Positions 12,797-24,982 of a stretch of DNA of 64,000 nt are shown piece by piece. Numbering within the stretch: the stretch's first letter is position 1; each line of letters begins with the position of its first letter. The notes beneath the pieces were generated by a model, which was not told the DNA's origin, did no database searches, and was given only the letters and a program-made list of their open reading frames with translations. The position numbers were made by a program, and so were the translations under genes. Source of the DNA: Octopus sinensis (Eukaryota); contig NC_043015.1 of assembly GCF_006345805.1 (NCBI RefSeq), positions 40,486,001 to 40,550,000 of the forward strand, in the 5' to 3' direction.

Positions 12797-13181
12797 GTGG
12801 AAGCACTCCGTCGGTTACGACGACGAGGGTTCCGGTTGATCCGAATCAACGGAACAGCCTGCTTGTGAAATTAACGTGTAAGTGGCTGAGCACTCCACAG
12901 ACACGTGTACCTTTAACGTAGTTCTTGGGGATATTCAGCGTGACACAGAGAGTGACAAGGCCGGCCCTTTGAAATACAGGTACAACAGAAACAGGAAGTA
13001 AGAGTGAGAGAAAGTAGTGGCGAAAGAGTACAGCAGGGATCACCACCATCCCCTGCCGGAGCCTCGTGGAGCTTTTAGGTGTTTTCGCTCAATAAACACT
13101 CACAACGCCCGGTCTGGGAATCAAAACCGCGATCCTACGACCGCGAGTCCACTGCCCTAACCACTGGGCCATTGCGCCTCC
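12797..13181 (-). mobile_element. tRNA-derived SINE family D, full length, with 10-bp TSD
   Basis: Head GGAGGCGCAATGGCCCAGTGGTTAGGGCAG...GGTTTTGATTCCC; exact AGCCCTAGAT at 12787-12796 and 13182-13191. Confidence 0.9.
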
Positions 13182-13514
13182 AGCCCTAGATACACCATGT
13201 CTGTATAATAAAACAGGATGGTTGCAGTTGAAACATTTCTAACCCTCCTTTACCATTCAAATTATTCCGGCAAATGTAATGCTTGTTTATTCCCATTGTT
13301 TGAAATTCTTTATTTCACACCTTTCAGATTTCGATGATGCGATTGTTTAATTTTAGAATAACATTGTAGGATAGGTGTGAGAGACCAAATCTGGTTGGTT
13401 AGAACATAAAACAGGTTTACTATTTGGGTAAGAATATGGGGTCCCAGTTTAAATACTAAAGGGTTAAACAAGGGCTTTACTGGGTCAAGGCTGAACAGGG
13501 ACTAAGCAAAAGTA

Positions 13515-14540
13515 CAGTGATCCCTTGCCACTTCGCGATTCAACTATCGTGGATTTTTAATATATATATACATATATATATATATGAACACCTAAAATTT
13601 TTCTAAGGCTGTTGCCAGCTTCGTCTGGTCTCCATGCCAGTGGCACGTAAAAAGCACCATTCGATCGAGGCCTTTTGCCAGTCTCGTCTGGCACCTGTGC
13701 CAGTGGCACGTAAAAAGCACCCACTACACTCACGGAGTGGTTGGCATTAGGAAGGGCATCCAGCTGTAGAAACACTGCCAGATCAGACTGGAGCCTGGTG
13801 CAGCCTTCTGGCTTCCCAGACCCCAGTTGAACCGTCCAACCCATGCTAGCATGGAAAACGGATGTTAAACGATGATGATGATGCTGATGATGATGAAGAA
13901 GAAATGCAGCAAAAAACAGTTGTCGACCAAACTGGCTTGACTTTGGAATGGTTGGCCAAGCTCTGCAACCTGGCTAAAGAATTGAAAGAGGGGTCACAAG
14001 AATGGGACGACGATATGATTCGTTCTGTGCAATTTTGCAACAAGGTCGATGAACTCCTAAATCCCTACAAGATGCTCTTTAAATGGAAAAAGAAGCAGTG
14101 GCAGCAACTTCCTATCACAACGTTTTTTGCAGCCTCGCAAAAAAGTGCCAGTTCCTGCTGCTACTATTACGGCTGCACCTTCAAAAGAAGTGGAAGAGGT
14201 GTCCCAGAAAAGGGCACCGACGTCAGCTTCCTCATCATCATTTCTACTGCGCAGCAAATTCATCACCATCATCATCATCCAAATTTTACTTCAACTTCCT
14301 TCGTGTTGAGTTCAGTAACAATCTTTATTGTTTTTAAAATCTAAAGTGTTATTGCTTAACAGTTGTCCTTGTTATTAACAGACTACTATAATGGGTGGGT
14401 TATTAACAGTACAGGGAGGGCTTTAAAAGTCCAAATACACGTTAAATAAATACTGTAAATATGGTGTCCCTACTTCGCGGAAATTCAGTTATCGCGGCCG
14501 GTCTCTGAGCCAATCTACCGCGATAAACGAGGGATCACTG
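13515..14540 (+). mobile_element. Internally deleted pogo/Tigger DNA transposon, interrupted by a family C retroposon
   Basis: TA-CAGTGATCCCT...AGGGATCACTG TIRs; ~13897-14130 encodes GLTLEWLAKL...WDDDMIRSVQF...YKMLF..KKKQWQQLPITTFF, the Tigger transposase C-terminal signature. Confidence 0.85.
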
Positions 14541-15544
14541 CAACAAAGACGGGTACATTTGATGGTGTACACCCAGATACACTGTGCTTGAATAATGGGC
14601 AGGATGGTCCTAATTGAAATGCTTGATCATAGATTTTCAGGATGGGTTTATATTGCAGATAAACAACACCAACTACAGCTGCCCTCAATAAACATTTCGA
14701 TGATGCGATTGTTTAATTTTAGAATAACATTGTAGGATAGGTGTGAGAGGCCAAATCTGGTTGGTTAGAACATAAAACAGGTTGACTATTTGGGTAAGAA
14801 TATGGGGTCCCAGTTTAAATACTAAAGGGTTAAACAAGGGCTTTACTGGATCAAGGCTGAACAGGGACTAAACAAGTGTAGGATGTGTCTTCTACTAAAG
14901 TTTCAGGTCCACCAATGCCATGTAAGTAAATTTTGTAGACAAAAACTCTGTGCGTGTGCGTGTGTGTGCAATGGCCCCAGGATGTTAGTAAAATGTACTG
15001 AGAGAGGAACTTTTATTTCTAACCCTAACAGCCCCATCACAAACAATAACAATAATTAATTTCTTATTTTCCTGTCTCCTCTAATTTATTTCTTTATTTA
15101 ACATTTTATTTCTCAAATTAATTAAGTTCTCTATGGCCACTGTGGTGGCTCTGGTTTGAAGAATTCCTCTTGAAAAACAGGACACAACCACTTGAAGAGT
15201 GAAAATAATGGCATATATAAGTTAAGGTCGTTCAACTTTCAGACAAATGCCTCATGTTTCGGTTTGGGGTTGGGGGTTGTTTTTTCTTTTTTTTTTCACA
15301 ATATTTGTTAATAATTAACAATAACAAAAAATTACAACAAACAAAAACATCTACCTATGCTCCCTCCCCACACCCCTTAAAAACCCCCCAACCAAACAAG
15401 CAAACAAACAGCCGATTTAACCAAAAAACTCTGGGACACAGATGCAAACCAAGATTGCATTGGGTAGAATTTACTGAAGGGCTTCAACATTCCAACCTTG
15501 TTCTTTACCGATAACCCATTAAATCTAGGCCAATATCCATATGA

Positions 15545-15587
<43 letters not shown>

Positions 15588-16296
15588 ATAGGAAATAATA
15601 ATAATAATACTAATAATATATACATACATACATACATGCATACACACACACACACACACATAACTTTGTGTATGCATGTATAGGTACATGTGTATGCGTG
15701 TGTATGTTTATCAGTATTCTGGGTGTTGGTGGGGTAGAAAGAGGATGGTGATAAATTTCAAACTCTGCAAAGCTGTTTTCTGATAGATATTCCGCAGATA
15801 CTGACTACAGTGAGATAAACATATGTGTTTTCAATTTATCACAACACCCACCCACACGCACACATACATGCACACACACACAGAGCCACACATCCTGTAT
15901 GTTTCATGAACGAGGCCCCAAGTAAAATGCATGCCAACCACTGAATACCAGGGGACAGTTAGCTATACGACCCCCACAAACTACGTGTATGTGTGTGCAG
16001 ACATTTCTGTGTGTCTATGTATCTGTATATATGTATATATGTATGTAAGTGTGTGTAAATATATGTATATAGGAATACATATATATATATATATATACAT
16101 ATATATATGTGTGTGTATATATATATATATGTATGTATGTATGTATGCATGCACACATATATATATATATATCATCATCATATATATATGCATATGTATA
16201 TATGCAAATCTATGTGAATATATATAATATATATGTGTCTATGTATCTGTATATGTATGTATGTATGTAAGTGTGTGTAAATATATGTATATAGGA

Positions 16297-16343
<47 letters not shown>

Positions 16344-17265
16344 AATACATATATATATTATATATATATATATATATATGCATATGTATATATGCTAATC
16401 TATGTGAATATATATATGTATGTGTGTGTGTGTGTGTGTGTGTATAATTATATATACACCCAGTTGTTGTTGCTTGATTATCGACTATTTCATCTGGCAT
16501 ACAACATGAACGAGGTTTGGTCTAACGAGGCCTAAATAGAAACACATCTGAACAACAACACACACACACAGTGATGTGGTGTTAATTAACTTGCTTTAGA
16601 CTATACAAGATGTGGCAGAGCGTGTGGCTAGGGCGCGCACAAACATTCTCCCCATCCAGCAACGTGTCGGTGGCACCGTGCCATTACAACAACAACAACC
16701 AGGATCTTACTCGAAACACAGATTCAGGTCATCACCAGAATATTAATTTCTTACTTGCAAACGAGGGATAAAGGAATGTACGTGTGTGTGTTTGTGTGTG
16801 TGCATACGTGCATGTGCATACGTGCATGTGTGTAGAAATATTAGGATAACAAACTCAAAGTACTTAAAAATATACACAACATCCTATAAGCATAGCTGTG
16901 TGGTTAAGAAGTTTTCTTCCCAACCGCAAGGTTGCAGGTTCAATCCCATTGTGCGGCACTGACCAAAGCCTTGTGAGTGAAGCTGGCACATGGAAACAGA
17001 AAGAAGCCGGTCAGGTATGTGTGTGTGTATTTGTGTCCCCCAGTGTGTGTGTTGGGGTGGTGGTGATAGTTGTAAATGAGTGCCATTGTCATACAAGCAG
17101 TGTTGTTCATTTCCAATATTTCTATGGAAACATATCTACGGCCATGGGAAAACATTACATTGGTAAGTGTTGGTGAGAGGAACGGTATCTGGCCATAGAA
17201 AATCTGCCATAAGGAACTCCATCTGACCTAAATATGGAAAGGTGGACATTAAACCGATGGAGACG

Positions 17266-17328
<63 letters not shown>

Positions 17329-17455
17329 TCATCTAACGTCCATTCTCCATACTAGCATGGGTTGGACAGTTCGACCGGGATCTGGGAAGCCAGAAGGCTG
17401 CACCAGGCTCCAGTCTGATCTGGCAGTGTTTCTACAGCTGGATGCCCTTCCTAAA

Positions 17456-17515
<60 letters not shown>

Positions 17516-17790
17516 TATATATACATATACATATATACATATACATATATACATACATATACATATATACATACATATACATATATATATATATAACATA
17601 TACATATATACATACATATATATATACATATACATATATATATATACATATATATATATATACATATACATATACATATATATATACATATACATATATA
17701 TATATATATATACACAGACACACACACACACAGACACATATATATATATATACACATATTTATATATGTGTATATGTGCCTATACGTGTA
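17266..17790. repeat. Long (TA)n/(TATACA)n microsatellite block with an embedded family C 3' fragment
   Basis: Direct reading. Confidence 0.9.
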
Positions 17791-17943
17791 CATATGAATG
17801 AAGATGTACATACAGGAAATGGGTCCAGTCTGTCTGTGGAGTCTGACTAACAATTGTGAGTGAAGGGAATTAATGCCTGGAGTGTAGCTCATAATGTCTA
17901 TCATATAGACATCATGGCGTTGGTAGATGGCGCCACTCCAAAT

Positions 17944-18132
17944 CAGTGATTCTCAAACTATGCAGCACAACACAACCAAAGCACATCGTGTGCAATTAAG
18001 AGCCCCGCATTGCATGGGGTACCTAAGCAATTTTTCTTCAGGGGCCCTTAAAATACCATTGTGGATCCTCAGTTTATTGTTGTCTTTGTGGACCACCAAA
18101 AATTTGACATGGACCCCTAGTTGAGGACCACT
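17944..18132. mobile_element. hAT-type MITE
   Basis: Termini CAGTGATTCTCAAACT / AGTTGAGGACCACTG. Confidence 0.6.
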
Positions 18133-18178
18133 GTCTAAAATATTCTTGTTGCAAAAATAGCCCCTATTTATAGAATTA

Positions 18179-18615
18179 CGGTAATCCCTTGCTACGTCAC
18201 GGTTCACCTATCGCAGCTCACCCAGAGAGGTTTATTATTTAAGCTTATGTTGATTCCTCTGTAGTGATGTTTTGCTTTCATAATAAAATAATTAAAAAAA
18301 TTTTTTAAATTTTATTTTATCTAGTTTCAGCTCACGAGCTGTGGCCATGCTGGGGCACCGCCATTTGGTGTTTGCTACATAATTTTACTTCAAGAATGCT
18401 TTTTAGCAATTGACATTTGGTGCACGAGAGTTCAATGCAGCTGCCCTCATCTGCACTTCCTGCTGCGAAGTTGGTTCATCTGGGACACCTGACAGGAAGA
18501 GGTCCAGCTTTATTTTGAACACACCTGTATACAAATTATAAAACTAATAAAAAAAAATATACATCTATTGTGGAGGCTTTGGAATGTAACGCCGGCGATA
18601 GTCGAGGGACTATTG
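18179..18615. mobile_element. Tigger-type MITE carrying a nested LINE 3' fragment
   Basis: Termini TACGGTAATCCCT / AGGGACTATTGTA; interior homologous to the 40500-40722 MITE. Confidence 0.65.
18308..18528 (-). mobile_element. 5'-truncated CR1-group LINE: ORF2 C-terminus plus 3' UTR
   Basis: Translates GVFKIKLDLFLSGVPDEPTSQQEVQMRAAALNS/VHQMSIAKKHS*; ends GGCGGTGCCCCAGCATGGCCACAGCTCGTGAGCTGAAACTAGATAAAATAAAA. Confidence 0.75.
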
Positions 18616-19346
18616 TACATCATGGAAGAGGCTTTTTATTGAAGAACAAAGCCATTTGTCCTGTTTACTTTGGTTGCAGTCTTAAGGAATGAATGAGATG
18701 GGAACGGAACAGGTTTTGCAGTTGGTGGCTGATGGCAACGGTAACCATGGAGATGAGTAGGTGGTAGCAACAGCAGTGAGGATGGCTATGAGTTTGGGTA
18801 GCAACAGTAACCATGGAGATAAGCAATGGGAATAACATCAACATCAGTAACTATGGTGATAACTGTCAGTAACCATAGCAACACCATGTGTGGGTGCCAA
18901 GGGCAACTGAAGGACCCAGCACAGAAAAGTTTCAAGCCTCAATTCTTCCTTGTCTGATTTTGAATCCCTCCAAGAACTGTTAAAACTACAATACCAGTCA
19001 TATCTTAGGACAAAGTCACTCCTCATAAATACATACGCACATGTAGATATAGCAGATACACATGCATACACAGATGCACACATACAAGAAGAAACCAAAA
19101 AGGAGACTGAGGAAAGCTTCTAACATTGCGGAGAGGAAAGATGAGAAACCTTCAGAGACTTAAGCAGAGGGGTGGCTATAGGCACAGGTATGGCTGTGTG
19201 GTAAGAAGTTTGCTTCCCAACCACATGGTTTTGCGTTCAAGTCCCACTGTGGGACACCCTGGCCTAGTGTCTTTTACTACAACCTTGAGCCGGCCAAAAC
19301 CTTGTGAGTGGATTTGGTAGACCGATACTGAAAGAAGCTGTCACAT

Positions 19347-19909
19347 TGTTATGATGTGGTGTTTTCCTCAGTTACAATGTATGGCCACTGGTGTGACTCT
19401 AGATGTTGTATCTACCCTAGGAGTCACGATATTTTCTTGCCTCAAATACAGTGCATTGCTTCTATACTGGAATGGTAATACACCGCTTCGTCTATGGTGC
19501 TGTCACTGATAGCTCTGCAAGACACCGACTTTGAACTGTCTTCCTTGACTCTCACTCTCACTCGACTATAATACGGAACTGACACTTGACTCCGACTGAG
19601 ACCTTACACAACGACTCTATGACAGCCGACACATGACTCTCCAACTCTCCGTACTGGTTGACATTGTCTCACTTCATCGTCGCTGGTTCAAACCACTTGT
19701 CTCCTAGGAGGGGTGTACCATTTCCACTACAACACACTTATATATACACTCACTTACAAGGCTTGGGTTGGCAGAGGTTATACAAAAAAGACAGATTCAT
19801 TCTTAATCAGCTGCAGAATTACAAGCATAACCCAAGAACAAAGTTACAACATTCTATGTTAGTTCTAAAAGCTCATACACGAAACTTTCAGTCCTTGAGT
19901 CACATAACT
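19347..19909 (-). mobile_element. Probable solo LTR next to a family A SINE fragment
   Basis: Inverted termini TGTTATG...CATAAC(T); flanks TCACAT/TGACAT; minus-strand TATATAA near 19740. Confidence 0.55.
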
Positions 19910-21549
19910 TGACATCCAATTACACATGCACACATTTAGGTATGTATTTTTTCTTTTATTTGTTTCAGTCATTTGTCTGTGGCCATGCTGGAGCACTGCC
20001 TTTAATCAAACAAATCGCCCCCCCCCCCCAGGACTTATTCTTTGTAAGTCTAATACTTGTTCTATTGGTCTCTCTTTTGCCGAACCGCTAATTTGAGGCT
20101 TTGTGCTTCCAAAGGAAAGGATTATCATCATTATTATTATTATTATTATTATTATTAAAGCAGCGAGCTGGCAGAATTGGTAGCACATCAGGCAAAGTGC
20201 TTAGCGGTGTTTCGTCTGTCACTACATTCTGAGTTCAAATGCCACCAAGGTCAACTTTGCCTTTCGTCCTTTCAGGGTCAATAAAATTACGTACCAGTCA
20301 AGTGCTGGGGTCATTGTGATTGACTGTCCCCCTCCTCACAAAAATCCAGGCCTCATGCCTATAGTAGAAAGGATTATTATTATTATTATTATTGACACAC
20401 TGTCACTACCAAAGGAGAAAAGGGCTCTCTACCCCCTTTTTGACCAGGCTCCCGTGGTTTTTATGGATTTTTCCACGAGTAACCTTTCGAAGCGCCTCCC
20501 CCTATTGGGAGTTTTTACTTGTTATATTTTCGTTGTTATCTTGCATTTTTACACGGATTTTACAAACGGACAAAATCCTTTTTGTAACTTTCGTCCTGGA
20601 TTTTGTCCTTACATGTTTTAATTGATTTTTGTTAGCCCTTGTGGCCAATAACGAGAACTAATTATTATTATTATCATCATCATCGTCATCATAATAATTC
20701 TGCAGACTTTGTTAATCTGGTTTCCTGCAGCGTAACTTAAATCCAGTGTGTGTGACAAGAGGGTCAGCCACCAGAGTGTCTGTCTGTGGAACTCACCATA
20801 TGGGGGAGAAAATAAAAAAAAGTAAACAAACCACCACCACCCTCACTATTACAACCAATACACACACACAGACACAACAACAACAACAAGCACCTTATCA
20901 CCAAAGGAATGTCTACGTGTAGCAAAGTTACACGTTGCTCAGCCTGAATAGCAAGGAGTTAGTCATCGTACCGAAATAGAGAGTATTTTGATGGAATTAG
21001 ATTCATATGTTATTTGTAGAATGAATGCAGTTTGCTGTTTTCACAGAAGAAATTCAATAGACTTACTCGAAAAAGTCCAATGATTCCAGAATGGACAGAT
21101 TTCCAACAGCTCAGACACTTATTAACGAGATTGATTTAATTAAATAAAGAAAAATTTAATCAAATAACTGAGAGAAAGAAAGAAAAGCGTGAGGTGGTGG
21201 TTGTTGTTTACTGCCATTATTACCTTTGTGTATATATTATAAACACTATACATACATGCACATGTATGTGTGTGTGTGTGAGGGTGCGTGGCTTAGTGGT
21301 TAGGGTGTGTCACTCATGATAGACAGATCGTGAGTTCAATTACTGGACCAGATGGTGTGTTGTGTTCTTGAGCAAGGTACTTCATTTCAAGTTGGTCCAG
21401 TCCACTCAGCTGTAAAAAGGGTAGGAACTGGCCCTCCCAGTCAGCAGGGTGGAATCAGTTAAAAGCTAAAACTATGCAAAGCAAATTGTGACCAGTGATG
21501 CACAACAACTTCTCACAGTCTGGTTGATCATGATCATGCGAGATCATCA

Positions 21550-21894
21550 TGTGGGAAGATGAATGGAGGCATAACGTTGCCATCACTTGTGATCACTTTG
21601 AACACCATGAATGTTGACCACATATTTGATTTTTATCACTCTCAGTACATGTCCTCAGACTGACACCCAAATCCTCCGAAATGTTCGTATTTGAGCTTCC
21701 AGCGTGAATGCCAAGCAGTATAGCATGTTGTTTCCAAATTTCTGACAGAGTGAACTGCATCATGGTGCTGTTTTTCTCACAGACGGTGCCCAACTGACCC
21801 TACCATACTGTGTAGTCAACAAAATCAAAAACACACAATGTGCATGCATGAAATTAAAAATATAAAATAGTGTCAATTTACCAATTGCACCCTA
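21550..21894 (-). mobile_element. Internally deleted Tc1/mariner (maT/DD37D-like) transposon, 5' part
   Basis: Terminus AGGGTGCAATTGGTAAATTG; N-terminal HTH MMQFTLSEIWKQHAILLGIHAGSSNTNISEDLGVSLRT joined to MVFKVITSDGNVMPPFIFP. Confidence 0.75.
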
Positions 21895-22491
21895 TGTATG
21901 TATGTATGTATGTATGTATGCATGCATGCATAGCATTTACAGTGTATACACAAATGTAAGAATGGCAGTAAACAACAACCACCTCATGCTCTTCTTTCTT
22001 CCTTTCTTTTTATTGTTTAATTAAATCAATCTCGTTAATAAGTATCTAAGCTGTATTTGCCGTGAGCCCCACCTCCACAGAAAGAGACCTGCTCTGGTCC
22101 CTTCCTTCGTATCTAATCTTTCATCACTGGGCATAAAGTTGCCCCCTCCTCTCCACTGCAGCCCTACTCAGTTGAAGTGTGCCTCGGTCTTTGCAAACTA
22201 CCGAGTGACTCTGCTAGCGCTGGTGCCACATCAAACGCATCCAGTACACACTATAAAGTGGCTGGTGCTAGGAAGGGACATCCGACCCGGTGGAGGCCGT
22301 GCCAAAGCAGACCCATCAGATCCTGCCAGACCATCCAACTCGTGCCAGAATGGAAGATGGGCGTGTAGGATTGAGGGACACGACAGAAAATTCAGTGACA
22401 GGGGTCAGGCTTAGAAGGGGGTGAGGAGAAAAATACAGATTTCTGGGAAGGAATTGCAAAGAAAAACAGGATGAAATAACTGGTAACTTAC

Positions 22492-22524
22492 TTTGACTTT
22501 TTCACTATAATCCGAAGACGCCAT
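22492..22524 (-). CDS. Candidate alternative first coding exon (MASSDYSEKVK), possibly of the FNDC3-like gene
   Basis: AAATATGGCG start context, 11 codons, then a phase-0 GTAAGT donor at 22491-22486, in a repeat-free island. Confidence 0.4.
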
Positions 22525-23036
22525 ATTTAGTTAGATCTTTGCAACCAGAAGTCGAGAGATTTAGTAGACTAATTCTCGTAGCACTCCATACTAGTGGAAA
22601 TACTACAGCTGATGGTAACAGGTATCGCAATAGTAATGGCCTAGATAATAAGATAGTGGCTGGATTTGGTGGGGGAAGGAGCGAGAGGGAATACATAGAT
22701 TTATATCATTCCTGTAATTGGCTTTGTGCTGCGGAACGGTCACTAAACAAGGTTTGTCTTACGGTTTATTAGAAAGACAGGACTACTGTGGACTGAAGTG
22801 GCACCAGGTCGAGTCGGTGTAGCTTTATAGAGGTTTCTCCTGTACCAGGGACAATAGCAAATGATTTGGTGGATACAAAGGTGAGAGAAAAAAGATAGGA
22901 CACAGAACAATTACGATGACGATGACAATAATATACGAGATAAAGGTAAGAGATAAGTCCAGCTATAAGGAGAAACATATAGACTAGGTACAACAACAAC
23001 AACAGCACCAACCAGTAGGTGTTTGCTTTTTGTTTA

Positions 23037-23181
23037 ACTTACCTGGAAGGAGTGGGGCGGAGGTATGGGGGGGGTGACGTAAAATAAATTGCTTTAAAAT
23101 CTAAACATCCGGTTATGTTAACAGTGGCGGAGTATTAGAGAAGAGTAGAGGGGAGTAATAAAAAGTGGGAGTTGGGCCAAT
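23037..23181 (-). promoter_or_regulatory. Consensus splice donor CAG|GTAAGT (exon end 23043) with nearby GC-box, CRE-like and CCAAT motifs
   Basis: Plus-strand GGGGCGGAGG 23054-23063, TGACGTAA 23075-23082, CCAAT 23177-23181; these are short motifs that can occur by chance. Confidence 0.3.
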
Positions 23182-24069
23182 TCCGACAAGGAATAAATGC
23201 AGTAAGCTTCTGCCAGCTTTATTTCACACTGCTCTACAGCTGGGCTACCTGCCAAAAGAACAGACTCCAGCAAAAGGTCAACAGAGGTCAGTGCTAATTG
23301 CTATAAAAGTGAAACGGTGATTCTTCATTGTTGACATATTTATAGGGAATTATGAGGCAGCAACAAGTGCAGAATGCCTAAAACACACACAGAGGTTTAC
23401 AACAGATTTTCACCTCAGCTAGTGTGGGTAGGATGGTGCTACAAATTCAGGCATTGGTTGAGATGAATAGTTGATGCGGATGTTCTATAACAGTAGGTCT
23501 GCCTTTACTATTCACCTATCATCCTGAGATATCTCTTCCATATAGAGAGACATATATTCTTCATTTCATAAAATGAGAAAGAAAGAAAGAAAGAAAGGAA
23601 GAAAGACAAAAAGTCCCAAGTAATCAACTCGTCTATTCATATCTAACATTCAAAACAGGTTTTGCCCGAAAATGGATTATTGGTTATTATCAACCCTCCA
23701 AGTAATCGCAATTCAAAATTCAATTATTTTATTACTTTAACATGAAATATGAGCCTTGGATACTTGCAGACACCATTTACACCACTTCTGGTGCGATCAC
23801 TGTCGTCTACCCCCTCCTTCCCCTCTTGTTTCTGTCGGGGGGTGGGGGTCCACTCACAATCAGTTCTAGCTGAGAGTTGCTTCTTACCCAGACAAATTGG
23901 AGGTCAACCTAGCAGTCGTTTATTTTTGGTTTGGTTTCTATGGCGAAGGGCCATTTTATCTCAGAAACCAGCTTGAATGAAAAAAACTACAACTGTGAAC
24001 TCACTTTATTTTATTTTTTTTATTTTTATAAAGTGAATAAAATAAAATAAAGTAAGTTCACAGCAGTAC

Positions 24070-24515
24070 CCTACACCAGTGTCGCATAGCCAGCCCACTC
24101 AAAAGTATCTTGGATCGTAGGGTGACATGCTGTGCTTGAGGAGACCTGTTGAGTCAAGTACATCAACATCAAATTCAAATGGAAATTGTAGTTGTGATCC
24201 CTGTGCCAGTGGCATGTAAAAAGCACCATACAAACGTGGCCAATGCCAGCACCACCTTGACTGTGCTTCCATGCCGGTGGCATATAAAAAGCACTATCCG
24301 ATCATGGTTGTTGTCAGCCTCCTTTGGCCCCTATGCCGGTGGCACATAAAAAGCACCCACTACACTCTTGGAGTGGTTGGTGTTAGGAAGAGCATCCAGC
24401 TGTAGAAACTCTGCCAGATCTGACTGGAGACTTGTGTAGCCTCCTGGCTTCCCAGACCCCAGTCAAACCATCCAATCCATGCCAGCATGGAAAAACGGGC
24501 ATTAAACAATGATGA
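24070..24515 (+). mobile_element. Family C (RTE-type 3' region), copy with extra 5' sequence
   Basis: GCTGTGCTTGAGGAGACC segment upstream of the 60-bp repeats; ATGATGA tail. Confidence 0.7.
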
Positions 24516-24626
24516 TTAGAGACCATGGCTAGGTGGTTAAGAAGTTAACTTTTCAACCACATGGTTTTGGGTTCAAACTCATTGCACAGCACCTTGGGCT
24601 TAATGTCTTCTACTGTAACTTTAGGT

Positions 24627-24891
24627 TAGTGGTTCCCAAAGTGGGTGGTACTGTTGGGGGCTGTGGAAAGATCCAGGGGGCATTGCAGAACAGTGGGGCA
24701 ATAATGGGATGGCCAAAAGGGGTGATGGATTCACAAAAAAACCAAAATAATGAGTTGTTTAGGTTTATTTGTGAAATACAACTGTTTCAAATTTGCTGCA
24801 GAAAGAGGCCTATGTTAGTAGCAGTGGGGGTGCTAGGAATGTGGCCTGGGTACCAAAGGAGTGGCAGCCCGAAGAAGCTTGGGAACTACTG
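24627..24891. mobile_element. hAT (Charlie-type) MITE inserted in a family A SINE
   Basis: TIRs TAGTGGTTCCCAA / TTGGGAACTACTG; flanks CTTTAGGT/CTCCAGGC; the SINE sequence resumes on both sides. Confidence 0.7.
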
Positions 24892-24948
24892 CTCCAGGCT
24901 GACCAATGCCATGAGAGTGAATTTGGTAGACAGAAACTGTACGAGCCC

Positions 24949-24982
<34 letters not shown>

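Noticed and set aside
13862-14344. 160-aa ORF as a host gene
   Set aside because: Chimera of a (GAT)n retroposon tail and a frameshifted Tigger transposase C-terminus.
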